Assembly: GCA_950097015.1 (NCBI GenBank)
Contig: CATNEN010000001.1
Coordinates: forward strand, 26,164,001-26,228,000
Source of the DNA: Macrostomum hystrix
Lineage: Eukaryota; Animalia; Platyhelminthes
Direction: 5' to 3'
DNA length: 64,000 nt
This document shows positions 23,418 through 36,361 of this stretch, piece after piece. Under the pieces are notes generated by a model. The model was not told the origin of the DNA. It ran no database searches and saw only the letters and a program-made list of their open reading frames with translations. The first letter of the stretch is position 1; each line of letters starts with the position of its first letter. The position numbers and the translations under genes are program-made.

Positions 23418-26400
23418 ATGGACCTAGCCACAATCAGACACCATTCACTGCCAGGTAGAATTTATTTGTTTGACCTCTTCCACTCACCCACTAACTGACT
23501 GCCCTTCACCCACTGACTGTCCTCCCCTTCACCCACTGACTGTCCTCCCCTTCACCCACTGACTGTCCTCCCCTTCACCCACTGACTGTCCTCCCCTTCA
23601 CCCACTGACTGTCCTCCCCTTCACCCACTAACTGTCCTCCCCTTCACCCACTGACTGCCCTTCACCCACTGACTGACTGTCCTTCACCCACTGACTGTCC
23701 TCCCCTTCACCCACTGACTGTCCTCCCCTTCACCCACTGACTGTCCTCCCCTTCACCCACTGACTGTCCTCCCCTTCACCCACTAACTGTCCTCCCCTTC
23801 ACCCACTGACTGTCCTCCCCTTCACCCACTGACTGTCCTCCCCTTCACCCACTAACTGTCCTCCCCTTCACCCACTGACTGACTGCCCTTCACCACTGAC
23901 TGCCCTTCACCCACTGACTGCCGTTCACCCACTGAATGACTGCCCTTCACCCACTGACTGACTGCCCTTCACCCACTAACTGACTGCCCTTCACCCACTG
24001 ACTGACTGCCCTTCACCCACTGACTGACTGCCCTTCACCCACTGACTGACTGCCCTTCACCCACTGACTGCCCTTCACCACTGACTGCCCTTCACCCACT
24101 GACTGACTGCCCTTCAACCGCTGACTGACTGCCCTTCACCACTGACTGACTGCCCTTCAACCGCTGACTGCCCTTCACCCACTGACTGACTGCCCTTCAA
24201 CCGCTGACTGACTGCCCTTCACCACTGACTGCCCTTCACCCACTGACTGACTGCCCTTCACCCACTGACTGACTGCCCTTCAACCGCTGACTGACTGCCC
24301 TTCGCCCACTAACTGACTGCCCTTCACCCACTGACTGACTGCCCTTCACCCACTGACTGACTGCCCTTCACCCACTGACTGACTGCCCTTTACCCACTGA
24401 CTGACTGCCCTTCAACCGCTGACAGTTCAGTGATTCACCATTTATTGCATATCCAATTATTCAGTAAACAGCGGTGACACCGAGACCCTCTTGGCCCTGT
24501 GGACCATTCCTATGGGCATGGTGGCAGTGCTCTGCGCAGTTGCAATATTGTCAGCCTTCATACTAATTTGGTAAGCAGCGAACTGCCCTACTTTAAGTAG
24601 CCAGTTAGAAAATTGTGTTTGGTGAGTGTAAGGCATGAAGTCCGCACGAGAGTAGTTTAGTGTGGTGCGAAGAAACATAAGGCCCCAGCTGGCCAAGCAT
24701 GCGTCTTTTTATTTGAGCAAACCGCGGGGTGGTGCAACTATCGATTAGCATATCGATGTACTCGTACATATCGCAGGCTGGGCCAACGTACATATTGGTT
24801 GGGCCAATGCACGCGGTTCTAGGCATAGCTAGCATACATTCCGAGCACACATGTTAGATTGGAATATTACATTTCTACCAAAAAACGAAAAACTCGAACA
24901 AATTAAAAGTTTCGAAGAATATTGCAGGCGTGATCAAGGCTGTGCGAATGTTAGGAACTTAAGCCATAGATTGTTTTACTGTTCTACGAGTAAGTTTTCA
25001 GAATTTCAAAGTTTTCAATGCTGGTTCAAATTAGGTAGTTGATGGGTTTGTCCTTTGCGGCTCTGGGGTGAGGCCGCTCCGCGATGCAGCGCTCCGGTGA
25101 GGCGACGGCCGCGTCAGCCTCAGGTGGCGGCTCCTCGGCAACCGTCACAGGCCGGATGTGCGTCAGGTGGCGAGTGCAAGTCCGGTCGCCCTGCCGCAGG
25201 ATGTAGGAGTCGCCCTGCTTGTCCGTGACGGTCCATGGCTCGAGTTCAAAGGGCGTCTGCGTCTTGGTGCGTGCCGTCCGCTTGCGCAGAACCGCGGAGC
25301 CCGGCTTGACGGTGGCGGCCCGGGCTCTCCTTGAGTGGTTGAAGCCTGCCGCCATGCGGTTGTTGTACTCGGCGTGGTACTTTTCCAGCTTGGCTCGCTC
25401 GTGCTGCACCGGCTGCGAGGTTTGGATTGTCGGGATGCCATCGTTCAACGCTCTGCCCATGAGCAGCTCAACGGGCGCCACGCCGGTCGCTGAGTGCGGG
25501 GTGACGCGGTGGGCAAGCAGCCAGTCGTCTAGCGCAGCTCGCCAGTTGCGACCCTCCGCGATGGCAGCCCTGATTACCTTGTTGATGCACCTGTTGACTC
25601 GTTCGGTCGCTCCGTTCGACTCCGGGTGCAGCGGGCAGATTCGGCGATGCTTGATGCCGAACTCTGCGAGGAAGCTGATTGATTCCGCCGAGTTGAACGG
25701 CGGACCATTGTCGCTGACGATTTCGATTTGAACGCCGTACCTGCTAAACAGAGTCCGCAGGTGTGGAAGCACCGCTTCGGCTAATGTTGAGCTGATCTTC
25801 ACCTCGGGGAATTTTGAGTAGTAGTCGGTGGTCACGAGGAGCATCTTCCCCTGAACTGGGCCGTAAAAGTCCATTCCGAGAACCAGCCATGCACCTTCAG
25901 GAAGCGGCAACGGCTTGGGTGGAGGCGGCGCCTGGCTTTTCGGCGACGTCGCATGGCTGAGAAGGCACGACTGGACGAAATTTTGGCAGTCATTTCTCAT
26001 GTTTGGCCACCAGACCTTGGTCTGAAGCCTGTCCATGGTCTTGCGCCAGCACTGGTGGCCTGTGTGGGCCAGCTGAAGCACCATCCGACGCAAGCTGTTC
26101 GGGATGACGATGGAAGAGCCGCGGAGCAGCACGCCGTCGTGCTCGGAAAGCTCCTGCTGCAGGCATGCCAAGGCGCGCAATTCCCTGGACTCTGTCCCAT
26201 CGGCCAGTTCGCAGAGACGATAGAGCTGATTGGGTTGTGCTGTCCGTCCTTGAAGCTTCCTGAATTGCTGCGAAGCTGAGGCCCTTTGGGGTTGTGCCCA
26301 TTGCAACCGCGTTGATGAAGCGTGCAGACGCGAGGTTGATCCGTAGCTGAATATCGGGTGAATGGCGCTGCGCAGCTGGCTCCGCTGTCGACCAGCACGA

Positions 26401-29400
26401 CGAAGTCCTTGTTTTCGATTCGCAGGCGAGTGTTTGCAGAGTTGGGCCTCTGTGCCGGCTTTGGCGGTTGTATGGTGACTGTCTCGGCGTTGCTGTCGGC
26501 CACGGCGTTGACGCTGGAGCCGGGCTACGTTCTGCGCTGCCTGCAGGCTTTGGCCAGGTGATTGGGCTTGCCGCAGGACGAGCAGATTTCGCCTCTGGCG
26601 GCGTCGCACGAGCTGTGTCCGCGCTCGCCGCAGCGGTTGCAGGTGGCGTGTCCGCTGCTGGTTGGGACGCTCGAAACTCGTTGATTGTACTGTCGAGGTG
26701 CGCTGTATTGCTTCGGCGCTGTTCTGTGCACTGCCGCGACGCTGCCTGAGGAGTTCTCGATGGCTGTGGCTTGCTGCTCTGCTGCTTCGAATGCTCGCGC
26801 TTGCTTTAGTGCGTCGATGAGCGGGATGTCTGATTCCTGCAGTAGCTGTCGGTGGAGTCTGTCAGAACAGCATGTCGCGACGATTTGGTCTCTGATGAGT
26901 GAGTCCTTGAGCGTTGAGAACTCGCAGGGTTCGGTCGCTGACTTAAGGCGGGAGTACCATGCATCGACTGGTTCGCCGGTTTGCTGGATGCACAGCCGAA
27001 ACTGATAGCGGGCGAAAACGATGTTGCTGCGATCCTTGAAGTGTTCTTTTATCGCTGCCAGCAGAGACTTGAGCGTCTGCTTCTTGTCGTCGGCCAGGTC
27101 CTTGATAATTTGTGCGATTTCCCTGCCAGATGTGTAGGCAAGAAGCTTGCACTTCTGAGTTTCGTCATTGATGCCCGATGCATCGATAAAGTCGCAAAAA
27201 TGATCGGCCCATTTGCACCAGCGTTTACCGGCGCTCTGCAGGTCTGTGCTAGTGCTGAATTGCTCAGGGGGAGGCAGTGAGATGAATTGAGCCATGTTTG
27301 GCAAGCTGGGGTGGGCCTGCTTGAGACATCCCATGCTGTAAAGTATGAAGTACGCACGAGAATAGTTTAGTGTGGTGCGAAGAAACATAAGGCCCCAGCT
27401 GGCCAAGCACGCGTCTTTTTATTTGAGCAAACCGGGGGGTGGTGCAACTATCGATTAGCATATCGTACATATCGCAGGCAGATAATTGGTTGGGCCAATG
27501 CACGCGGTTCTAGGCACAGCTAGCATACATTCCGAGCACACATGTTAGATTGGAATATTACAGTAAGCAGCGAACTGCCCTACTTCAAGTAGCCAGTTAG
27601 AAAATAGTGTTTTTCAATTTTTTTTTATGTAAATGTTACGCATGTAAATGACTTTTTCGGTTCAAAGAGCGGCAAAGATGGTCGATATGTATAGAAAAAC
27701 TAGTTTAGCTTTAAAAGAGGAAAGTTCACATTAATGCAACATTTGGTCGAGCTGTTTGCTCAGCAAATAGTACTTGAGTGTTCTCAAATTACTTTCGAGT
27801 TGATGAGGTTTTTAAGTACCTGCAAATGAAAGCAGAATTGCTATTCGATTCAGCAATAAAACTACTTGATTGGAATTTCTCTGAGCTACAAGTACAGCTA
27901 GCATGGCCAAAAATGCTGCTGTTGAGTATATTTTTGTCAGTTTTTAATCGATTAGTTAACTGACGTGTGATTGTGAGTCTCCTTGTAAGTGGAGGGAGAG
28001 GTAGAGTGGAGGGAGAGGCAGAGTGGAGTGAGAGGCAGAGTGGAGTGAGAGGCAGAGTGGAGTGAGAGGTAGAGCCGAGGTAGAGGTAGAGTGGAGGGAG
28101 AGGTAGAGTGGAGTGAGAGGTAGAGTGGAGTGAGAGGTAGAGTGGAGGGAGAGGTAGAGTGGAGGGAGAGGTAGAGTGGAGGGAGAGGTAGAGTGGAGGG
28201 AGAGGTAGAGTGGAGGGAGAGGTAGAGTGGAGGGAGAGGTAGAGTGGAGGGAGAGGTAGAGTGGAGGGAGTGGTAGAGTGGAGGGAGAGGTAGAGTGGAG
28301 GGAGAGGTAGAGTGGAGGGAGTGGTAGAGTGGAGTGAGAGGTAGAGTGGAGTGAGAGGTAGAGTGGCGGGCTAGTTAGAGGGGAGGGAGTGGTAGAGTAG
28401 AGTGAGTGGTAGAGTGGAGGGAGTGGTAGAGTGGAGGGAGTGGTAGAGTGGAGGGAGAGGTAGAGTGGAGGGAGAGGTAGAGTGGAGGGAGAGGTAGAGT
28501 GGAGGGAGAGGTAGAGTGGAGTGAGAGGCAGAGTGGAGTGAGAGGTAGAGTGGTGGGAGAGGTAGAATGGAGGGAGAGGTAGAGTGGAGGGAGAGGTAGA
28601 GTGGAGGGAGAGGTAGAGTGGAGGGAGCGGTTGAGTGGGTTCTGCAGGCAGTTTGCAGCAGTGTGGCTCATTTCAGATATTTATCTTTATATATATACAT
28701 TAGTATTCCCCATAAATTTATAATCAAATATTAGTTGAGCGTGGAGTGGAAACTAGTCTCAGCCTCCTAGCTCTCAGCTGAAGGCAAACAAGCCGCTGTC
28801 TCAGCGAACTCTGGATGTCCTCTTGATCCATAGCCGCGGCATCCGGGCGTGAAATCCCAGAAGAGGGTCCCCCCCTCACCACACAATCTCCCAAATACCC
28901 CGGTCGGGCTCGCCGATAAGATCGGGAAGGGCGGAGGAGCTGATCAGCAGCGGAAATGAAAAGGGTTGTTATCAGGGAGACACGGCGACTGAGACCGCAT
29001 GGGGGCAGGAAGCCGGACCTTGGACCCTGGATTTCAATTAAAGACTGGAGAGATACGGATGAGACTGCGGAGCTGGACAAGCTCTGGGGAGGGATTGAAA
29101 TTGAGAGACAAAAGTGAAATTCGACAAAAAATGCTTTTAGTTGCCTTCTTAATGACTCAGCTAAAGGTGGATCTTGGGACTGAGAATCTTGTAGGCGGCA
29201 ACTGGATGCAGGGAAGATTGAGGTTCGTAAATTAGGGAAGCAGAAAATACCTGCCATCGGCACTCCGTTACTCAAATGCCATCCCACCCTATCCAATCCC
29301 ATCCTATCCCATCTCATCCCATCCCATCTCATCTCATCCCATCTCATTCCATATCATCCTATCCCATCCCATCTCATCCCATCCCATCTCATCCCATCTC

Positions 29401-30480
29401 ATCTCATCCCATCCAATCTCATCCCATCCCATCTCATCCCATATCATCCCATCCCATCCCATTCCATCTAATCCCATCCCATCTAATTCCATCTCATCTC
29501 ATCTCATCTCATCCCATCCTATCCCATCCCATCCCATCTCATCCCATCCCATCTCATCTCATCTCATCCCATCTCATTCCATATCATCCCATCCAATCTC
29601 ATCTCATCCCATCTCATCCCATATCATCCCATCCCATCCCATCTCATCCCATCCCATCCCATCCCATCTCATTCCATCCCATCCCATCCCATCCCATCTC
29701 ATCCCATCCCATCCCATCTCATTTTATCTCATCCCATCCCAATTCATCCCATCTCATCTTATCCTACCCAATCTGCTTTCTATTCAAATACATCAATTTT
29801 TATAGTCAATTTTCTGTGTCATCGCATCCCATCCCATCTCATCCCATCTCATCCCATCGCATCCCATCGAATCTAATGATAAATCGTCTTAAGGCCAACT
29901 CACTCGTCCGGTAGGGAGGCCAGGAGTTCTGAGCACTCAACTCCCAATCTCCCGAGTCCTAATCAGCAGTGCGGCAAGTCCTGAGTTGTTAGGCAGCTGG
30001 CCCAAGCGGAGCTGAGTGCTAGAAGCAGGAGCAGAGGGATTACAGGCAGTTCAGGATTAGACTAATTAGCATTCGGGACACGCCTGCGACACTGCCTGAT
30101 CTGGCGATGATTTCTGGGTACTCAAACTAAAATATTCAGTAGTCCAGAAATCCAAAGTCTTCGGTGTTACGTCAGAGCATTTCAAATTTAGCTGTGAGGT
30201 CTCTGGTGCAAGCAGCAAATTCGTTTGGTGCAATAAACCAGGCATGATATTGTCTGCCAGATGAAAACGATTCTTTGTAGAAGCAGTTTAGGGTCTTCCG
30301 TGTTTTCTTTTTTTGCTCAATGTCTGCGTCAAGATGACTAGCTTTTTCTGCTTTTTTTATTCTCGTTGTTCTCAAAGCCGAGACATTCTGAGGTCGGTCA
30401 TGGACAACGACGGAACTTCTGGCAGTCGGGGCGGCACCGCTGCTGCCGCTGTCTCTGCCGAACTGCTGCTGACTGCCTGA
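23418..30480 (+). CDS. Candidate 81-aa single-pass membrane microprotein (exons 23418-23454, 24465-24570, 30378-30480)
   Basis: Phase-consistent GT-AG joins give MDLATIRHHSLPVNSGDTETLLALWTIPMGMVAVLCAVAILSAFILICRDILRSVMDNDGTSGSRGGTAAAAVSAELLLTA*. Exon 2 encodes a long hydrophobic helix with strong splice sites (TTCAG / GTAAGC). Exon 3 follows a long polypyrimidine tract. No homologue recognised. Confidence 0.55.
23485..24425. repeat. Minisatellite CCCTTCACCCACTGACTG(TCCTC/ACTG), ~18-23-bp units
   Basis: Tandem copies filling intron 1 of the candidate microprotein gene. Confidence 0.95.
25026..26503 (-). pseudogene. pol: Truncated pol: aspartic protease fragment (frameshifted) followed by integrase
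   Basis: VLVDSGASC at ~26390; integrase zinc region AHTGHQ..WWPNM..CLLSH and DDE core MDFYGP / SDNGPPF / ESNGATERVNR. Confidence 0.88.
26525..27295 (-). CDS. gag: Gag protein with two CCHC-type zinc knuckles
   Basis: MAQFISLPPPEQF..WCKWADHF..LIRDQIV..CNRCGERGHSSC..CSSCGKPNHLAKAC. Confidence 0.88.
   Translation of the reverse strand: MAQFISLPPPEQFSTSTDLQSAGKRWCKWADHFCDFIDASGINDETQKCKLLAYTSGREIAQIIKDLADDKKQTLKSLLAAIKEHFKDRSNIVFARYQFRLCIQQTGEPVDAWYSRLKSATEPCEFSTLKDSLIRDQIVATCCSDRLHRQLLQESDIPLIDALKQARAFEAAEQQATAIENSSGSVAAVHRTAPKQYSAPRQYNQRVSSVPTSSGHATCNRCGERGHSSCDAARGEICSSCGKPNHLAKACRQRRT
27990..28625. repeat. Purine-rich minisatellite, 17-bp unit AGTGGAGGGAGAGGTAG
   Basis: Tandem copies. Confidence 0.95.
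29280..29870. repeat. Pentanucleotide microsatellite (ATCCC/ATCTC)n
   Basis: Direct inspection. Confidence 0.95.
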
Positions 30481-30484
30481 CGGG

Positions 30485-31225
30485 ATATGGCGCTGACTGG
30501 CACTGGAAAATGGCACTGACTGGCACTGTAAAATGGCGCTGACTGGCACTAAAATGGCACTGACTGGGACTGCAAAATGGCACTCACTGGCACTATAAAA
30601 TGGCACTGACTGGCACTATAAAATGGCACTGACTGGCACTATAAAATGGCACTGACTGGCACTATAAAATGGCACTGACTGACACTATTAAATGGCACTG
30701 CAAAATGGCACTGACTGACACTATTAAATGGCACTGCAAAATGGCACTGACTGACACTATTAAATGGCACTGACTGGCACTATAAAATGGCACTGACTGG
30801 AACTGACAAATGGCACTGACTGACACTATTAAATAGCACTGCAAAATGGCACTGACTGACACTATTAAATAGCACTGCAAAATGGCACTGACTGACACTA
30901 TAAAATGGCACTGACTGGCACTATAAAATGGCACTGACTGACACTATTAAATGGCACTGCAAAATGGCACTGACTGACACTATTAAATAGCACTGCAAAA
31001 TGGCACTGACTGACACTATTAAATAGCACTGCAAAATGGCACTGACTGACACTATTAAATAGCACTGCAAAATGGCACTGACTGACACTATTAAATGGCA
31101 CTGACTGGCACTATAAAATGGCACTGACTGACACTATTAAATGGCACTGCAAAATGGCACTGACTGACACTATTAAATGGCACTGTAAAATGGCACTATC
31201 TAGAGCTATAAAATGGCGCAGACTG
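30485..31225. repeat. Compound minisatellite AAATGGCACTGACTG(G/A)CACTAT
   Basis: Begins immediately after the stop of the candidate microprotein, the same arrangement as in the MED23 3' UTR. Confidence 0.93.
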
Positions 31226-31549
31226 GCTCTGTATTTGACACACCTCATCACTGACAACACTCCCGACTGACAGCTATAGTATTCAACATCGTCAAGCACT
31301 GCTTCTATCAGTTGTTGTTTAATTTAGTGTTTAAATTTTCGATGGCATATTTATTAATCAAGTGAATTGATGCTGGCAGCCTCTGCTCAGCCATCGTAGA
31401 AAATCGTAAAATATTCCACGCTTGATTCGATTTGACTTTTTAATCAGCTAATGAGAGCCATCCACCGCCACCGCTTAGGGGCATTGAAATCATTCTGTGT
31501 TACTTACCAGTCTCCAGAACCCTAGATTCTGCTGCGCTCCTCACTTTGA

Positions 31550-33700
31550 TCCCTGACTTCTCATCCCCTAACTTCTCATCCCCTGACATCTCTCCCCTAA
31601 CTTCTCATCCCTGACTTCTCATCCCTGACTTCTCATCCCTGACTTCTCATCCCTGACTTCTCATCCCTGACTTCTCATCCCTGACTTCTAATCCCCGACT
31701 TCTCATCCCCTAACTTCTCATCCCCTGACATCTCTCCCCTAACTTCTCATCCCCTGACATCTCTCCCCTAACTTCTCATCCCTGACTTCTCATCCCTGAC
31801 TTCTCATCCCTGACTTCTCATCCCTGACTTCTCATCCCTGACTTCTCATCCCTGACTTCTCATCCCTGACTTCTCATCCCTGACTTCTCATCCCTGACTT
31901 CTCATCCCTGACTTCTCATCCCTGACTTCTAATCCCCGACTTCTCATCCCTGACTTCTCATCCCTGACTTCTCATCCCTGACTTCTCATCCCTGACTTCT
32001 CATCCCTGACTTCTCATCCCTGACTTCTCATCCCTGACTTCTCATCCCTGACTTCTCATCCCTGACTTCTCATCCCTGACTTCTCATCCCTGACTTCTCA
32101 TCCCTGACTTCTCATCCCTGACTTCTCATCCCTGACTTCTCATCCCCTGACTTCTCATCACCTGACATCTCTCCCCTGACTTCTCATCCCTGACTTCTCA
32201 TCCCTGACTTCTCATCCCTGACTTCTCATCCCTGACTTCTCATCCCTGACTTCTCATCCCTGACTTCTCATCCCTGACTTCTCATCCCTGACTTCTCATC
32301 CCTGACTTCTCATCCCTGACTTCTCATCCCTGACTTCTCATCCCTGACTTCTCACCCCTAACTTCTCATCCCTGACTTCTCATCCCCTGACTTCTCATCA
32401 CCTGACATCTCTCCCCTGACTTCTCATCCCCTGACATCTCTCCCTTGACTTCTCATCCCTGAATTCTAATCCCCTGACTTCTCATCCCTGACTTCTCATC
32501 CCTGACTTCTCATCCCTGACTTCTCATCCCTGACTTCTCATCCCTGACTTCTCATCCCTGACTTCTCACCCCTAACTTCTCATCCCTGACTTCTCATCCC
32601 CTGACTTCTCATCACCTGACATCTCTCCCCTGACTTCTCATCCCCTGACATCTCTCCCTTGACTTCTCATCCCTGAATTCTAATCCCCTGACTTCTCACC
32701 CCTGACTTCTCATCCCTGACTTCTCATCCCTGACTTCTCATCCCTGACTTCTCACCCCTGACTTCTCATCCCTGACTTCTCACCCCTGACTTCTCATCCC
32801 TGACTTCTCATCCCTGACTTCTCATCCCTGACTTCTCACCCCTGACTTCTCATCCCTGACTTCTCATCCCTGACTTCTCATCCCTGACTTCTCACCCCTG
32901 ACTTCTCATCCCTGACTTCTCATCCCTGACTTCTCATCCCTGACTTCTCATCCCCTGACTTCTCATACCCGACTTCTCATCCCTAACTCATCCCTGACTT
33001 CTCATACCCTAACTTCTCATCCCCTGACTTCTCATACCCGACTTCTCATCCCTGACTTCTCATCCCTGACTTCTCATCCTTGACTTCTCACCCCCTAACT
33101 TATCATCCCCTGACTTCTCATCCCTGACTTCTCATCCCCTAACTTCTCATCCCTGACTTCTCATACCCTAACTTCTCATCCCCTGACTTCTCATACCCGA
33201 CTTCTCATACCCTAACTTCTCATCCCCTGACATCTCTCCCCTAAATTCTCGTCCCTGACTTCTCATCCCTGACTTCTCATCCCCTGACATCTCTCCCCTA
33301 AATTCTCATCCCTGACTTCTCATCCCCTGACTTCTGATCCCTGACTTCTCATCCCTGACTTCTCATCCCCGACTTCTCATCCCCTGACATCTCTCCCCTA
33401 AATTCTCATCCCTGACTTCTCATCCCCTGACTTCTGATCCCTGACTTCTCATCCCTGACTTCTCATCCCCGACTTCTCATCACTGACTTCTCATCCCCTA
33501 AATTCTCATCCCTGACTTCTCATCCCTGACTTCTCATCCCCGACTTCTCATCACTGACTTCTCATCCCCTAAATTCTCATCCCTGACTTCTCATCACTGA
33601 CTTCTCATCCCCTAAATTCTCATCCCTGACTTCTCATCCCCTAAATTCTCATCTCCTGACTTCTCATCCCTGACATCTCATCCCTGACTTCTCACCTCAA
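31550..33700. repeat. Minisatellite, 14-bp unit CCTGACTTCTCATC (~2.1 kb)
   Basis: About 150 tandem copies. Confidence 0.97.
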
Positions 33701-35639
33701 CCACTCTCAGGCAGCATGAAGCATGTAGGGAAGCATTTTAATTGTTTACAGATATTTGTAAAAGCCAGTACAGTTTGCTCAGTGATTTCCTGATCTCACA
33801 TCAGTATCAAATCCCATATGCAGAAGCTGTCTGGCATGCAGACAATTGAGGCAGCTATACAGTGAATCTACCAGCTGAGCCAGACCAAAACCCATTAGCC
33901 TTGAATTCCCTTCGCATGAATATTTTATGCCACTTAGCTCAACTGACTCAGCCTCGGAGCAGCCGTCACGGCACAATTTTCATGCTCTTTTTTCAAATGC
34001 TTTTTTTGTTAAAACGAAGACAAATTAGGTAGCACATCGAACTGCCACAATCAGATAATTTTATTTTGCTTTTGAAATAGTTTTTCATAATAATAAATGT
34101 TGAATCTCACTGATGCTGGTTATAACATCCATGCTGATTGACTTGAAACAAGCAAGTACAAAGACAGACAATTATTACATAAAAATACAGAGTACACAGT
34201 CGAATTGCTATTTCATTTTTGTAGGCGTCGAATTTATACGGTATACGAGAATATAGAATATATAGGCATTAGTATAACTATAGACTGTGAGAGCTCAATA
34301 GTTTCTCTACAGCAATGAGACAAATATTAACAAAACTGACAATAGATGGTTTAATTTTGTCTGCAAAACATAGAGAAATCTGTTTTTAGTAAAATGTTTT
34401 GATAGTCAGAAAGACGGTCATATTACACACAGAGAAAATAAATTTGATTTTGTTTTCGCTGCGAACGGGTATCTTCTACTTTTTTTCAGAAAAAACTATG
34501 CAAACAAAAAAGTTTTCGGCCCCGAATTCTATTGGCTTTTAAATACTTTCTTTCGCGCCAATTTGAATTTAATTTCTAATAAACTTGAGAAATCTAAAAA
34601 TGTTCAATTTTCTAAGAAGTTACTCATTTATGTACGCTGTACATCGAGGTACATTTACGAATATTCTCTCTACAGTGATAGCAACTTTAACAATCACAGG
34701 ACATAACAAATATGAAATCGTTTTTTAAGGAAATACGAAATATTTTTTTATCCTTTACAATTTAAAAGGTGGGGACAAAAATGATTAGCAAAAATAGATT
34801 GATATTTGTTATAAGCTGGGCTGGTTTAAAAGGGATTAAACGCTAAGCAGATTGAACTGTAGAGCTATTTTCGGAGACACAAAATGAACGGATGGCAGGT
34901 AAAAGCATCACAGTGTTAATTAGGCAATAAAAATGAAAGCGAAAGGATGAAAAGTACATCGAAATAAAAAGAAAATTTTATAACTAGTAAAAAGTGGACA
35001 ATCTTTTACCAGGCTAAACGGAAAGATAATTAATGCTGGCTTTGATTTGACACAAACAACACGCCACAACATGGAAAACGGTGTGGAAAGTGTATGATGT
35101 AGCATAAACAGTTAACGGACACATCTGTTAGTATAGTGAATAAATGTTTTGCAACGCAGTCTGACATGGCACACCGGTCTATCTGACAGGCATCGCGTGC
35201 AGAACTTGTCAAATAACAAATCACAGACGACAGACGATAATAAGACCAGAAAAGAAGTAACATAAATTGATAAAGTACGAATTTAGTACGCAAATGTACA
35301 AGAATAACAAGTTTTAAATACTTAAACGGATGAGTTCAAATTTGGGACTGCAAAATATTAAACAGAATTTATTACAATAGTGTTTTTAATAAACTTTGAA
35401 GTGCTGACAAAAAAACAAGAAAGTGTCTACATTCTCTGCTACAAGCAATCGTCAAGATTATGATGTACAAGTTGATACTCAATCTGGCAAATCGACTCAA
35501 AATCGACTCAAACCGAGACGACACCGAATAGTTAAACAGAACCGATGCTCTTCTTAATTTTTGTGTCCGCAAATGCTTTTACTATTTTGTAATTTACAGA
35601 TTACAAGATAACAGATTCTACAAAGTGTAATTTTGTAGA

Positions 35640-35930
35640 AACACCGCTTATTTTCCCCCAGGGGAAGACAGCAGGGTTATTTCAAATACGAGCTACCCGC
35701 TGCCTACTTCACGATAGCTCCCAATCCGAATGACCGACTTTCGTGAAATACCACCGTAAGGATCAACATTTTCCCCCCTTTGCGATGAACCAACTTTCAA
35801 AGCCTTCCGAGACAACATCGTCGAGATATTCAACGATTATTGTCGAAGTACCTTGGTTGCAAGGACAGCTAACATTGGTCTTCATAAACCTCTTTGGCGA
35901 ATCCATAATGGTTAAAAAATGTAAAAATTT
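35640..35930 (+). pseudogene. Second decayed copy of the unidentified coding element seen at 6098-6460
   Basis: Nucleotide alignment by eye to the reverse complement of 6100-6390, e.g. TACCC(G/A)CTG(C/T)CTACTTCAC and GAAC(C/T)AACTTTCAAAGC; frameshifted. Confidence 0.5.
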
Positions 35931-36361
35931 GCAATTTAATCCTTCCAAACTGTCAACAATGATAGCCGACAAGGTTATATGATGAAATTTTGTGAAAGGA
36001 AAATTTGTGCCTAAATTTCTTTTTTTGCCACCAGTTCAACAGTTGATAATTATTGATGCGGTGATGTCGGGGATGCTTAGACATGGGATTAAAGCAACTA
36101 AACACCGATTATGCGCGTGATGACTCCACTAACTAAAACGATGACAAACAAAGGAAAAATCATTAACAAAACAAAAGCTAATTAAAGCCAGGTGGAAATC
36201 TGTCGCAGACTCTGCGGTCGAGACATAAATCATTTCGCCATGGAAGAAGTCAATCGAGAACGCTTGAGCGATGCTAAGCAGCAAACGAGGTAGCGCCCAG
36301 GTGCCATTTCACTCTCTCAAATTTTCCTAGGAGCCAAATCAGAAATCCTCAAGTTGAATCT

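Larger units (their letters stand above)
24627..27562 (-). mobile_element. Ty3/Gypsy (Mag-like) LTR retrotransposon, internally deleted (no RT/RNase H)
   Basis: LTRs at 24627-24871 and 27337-27562 (TGTA...TTACA); flanks GTGAG / GTAAG (imperfect TSD); gag, protease DSGASC and integrase present. Confidence 0.93.

Noticed and set aside
28724-29347. 207-aa minus-strand ORF
   Set aside because: Starts inside a microsatellite, has no recognisable domain and no supporting splice structure.
30172-30606. Minus-strand ORF as a possible extra TENT5 exon
   Set aside because: TENT5 has its own stop at 36362; the plus-strand reading with a strong acceptor fits better.
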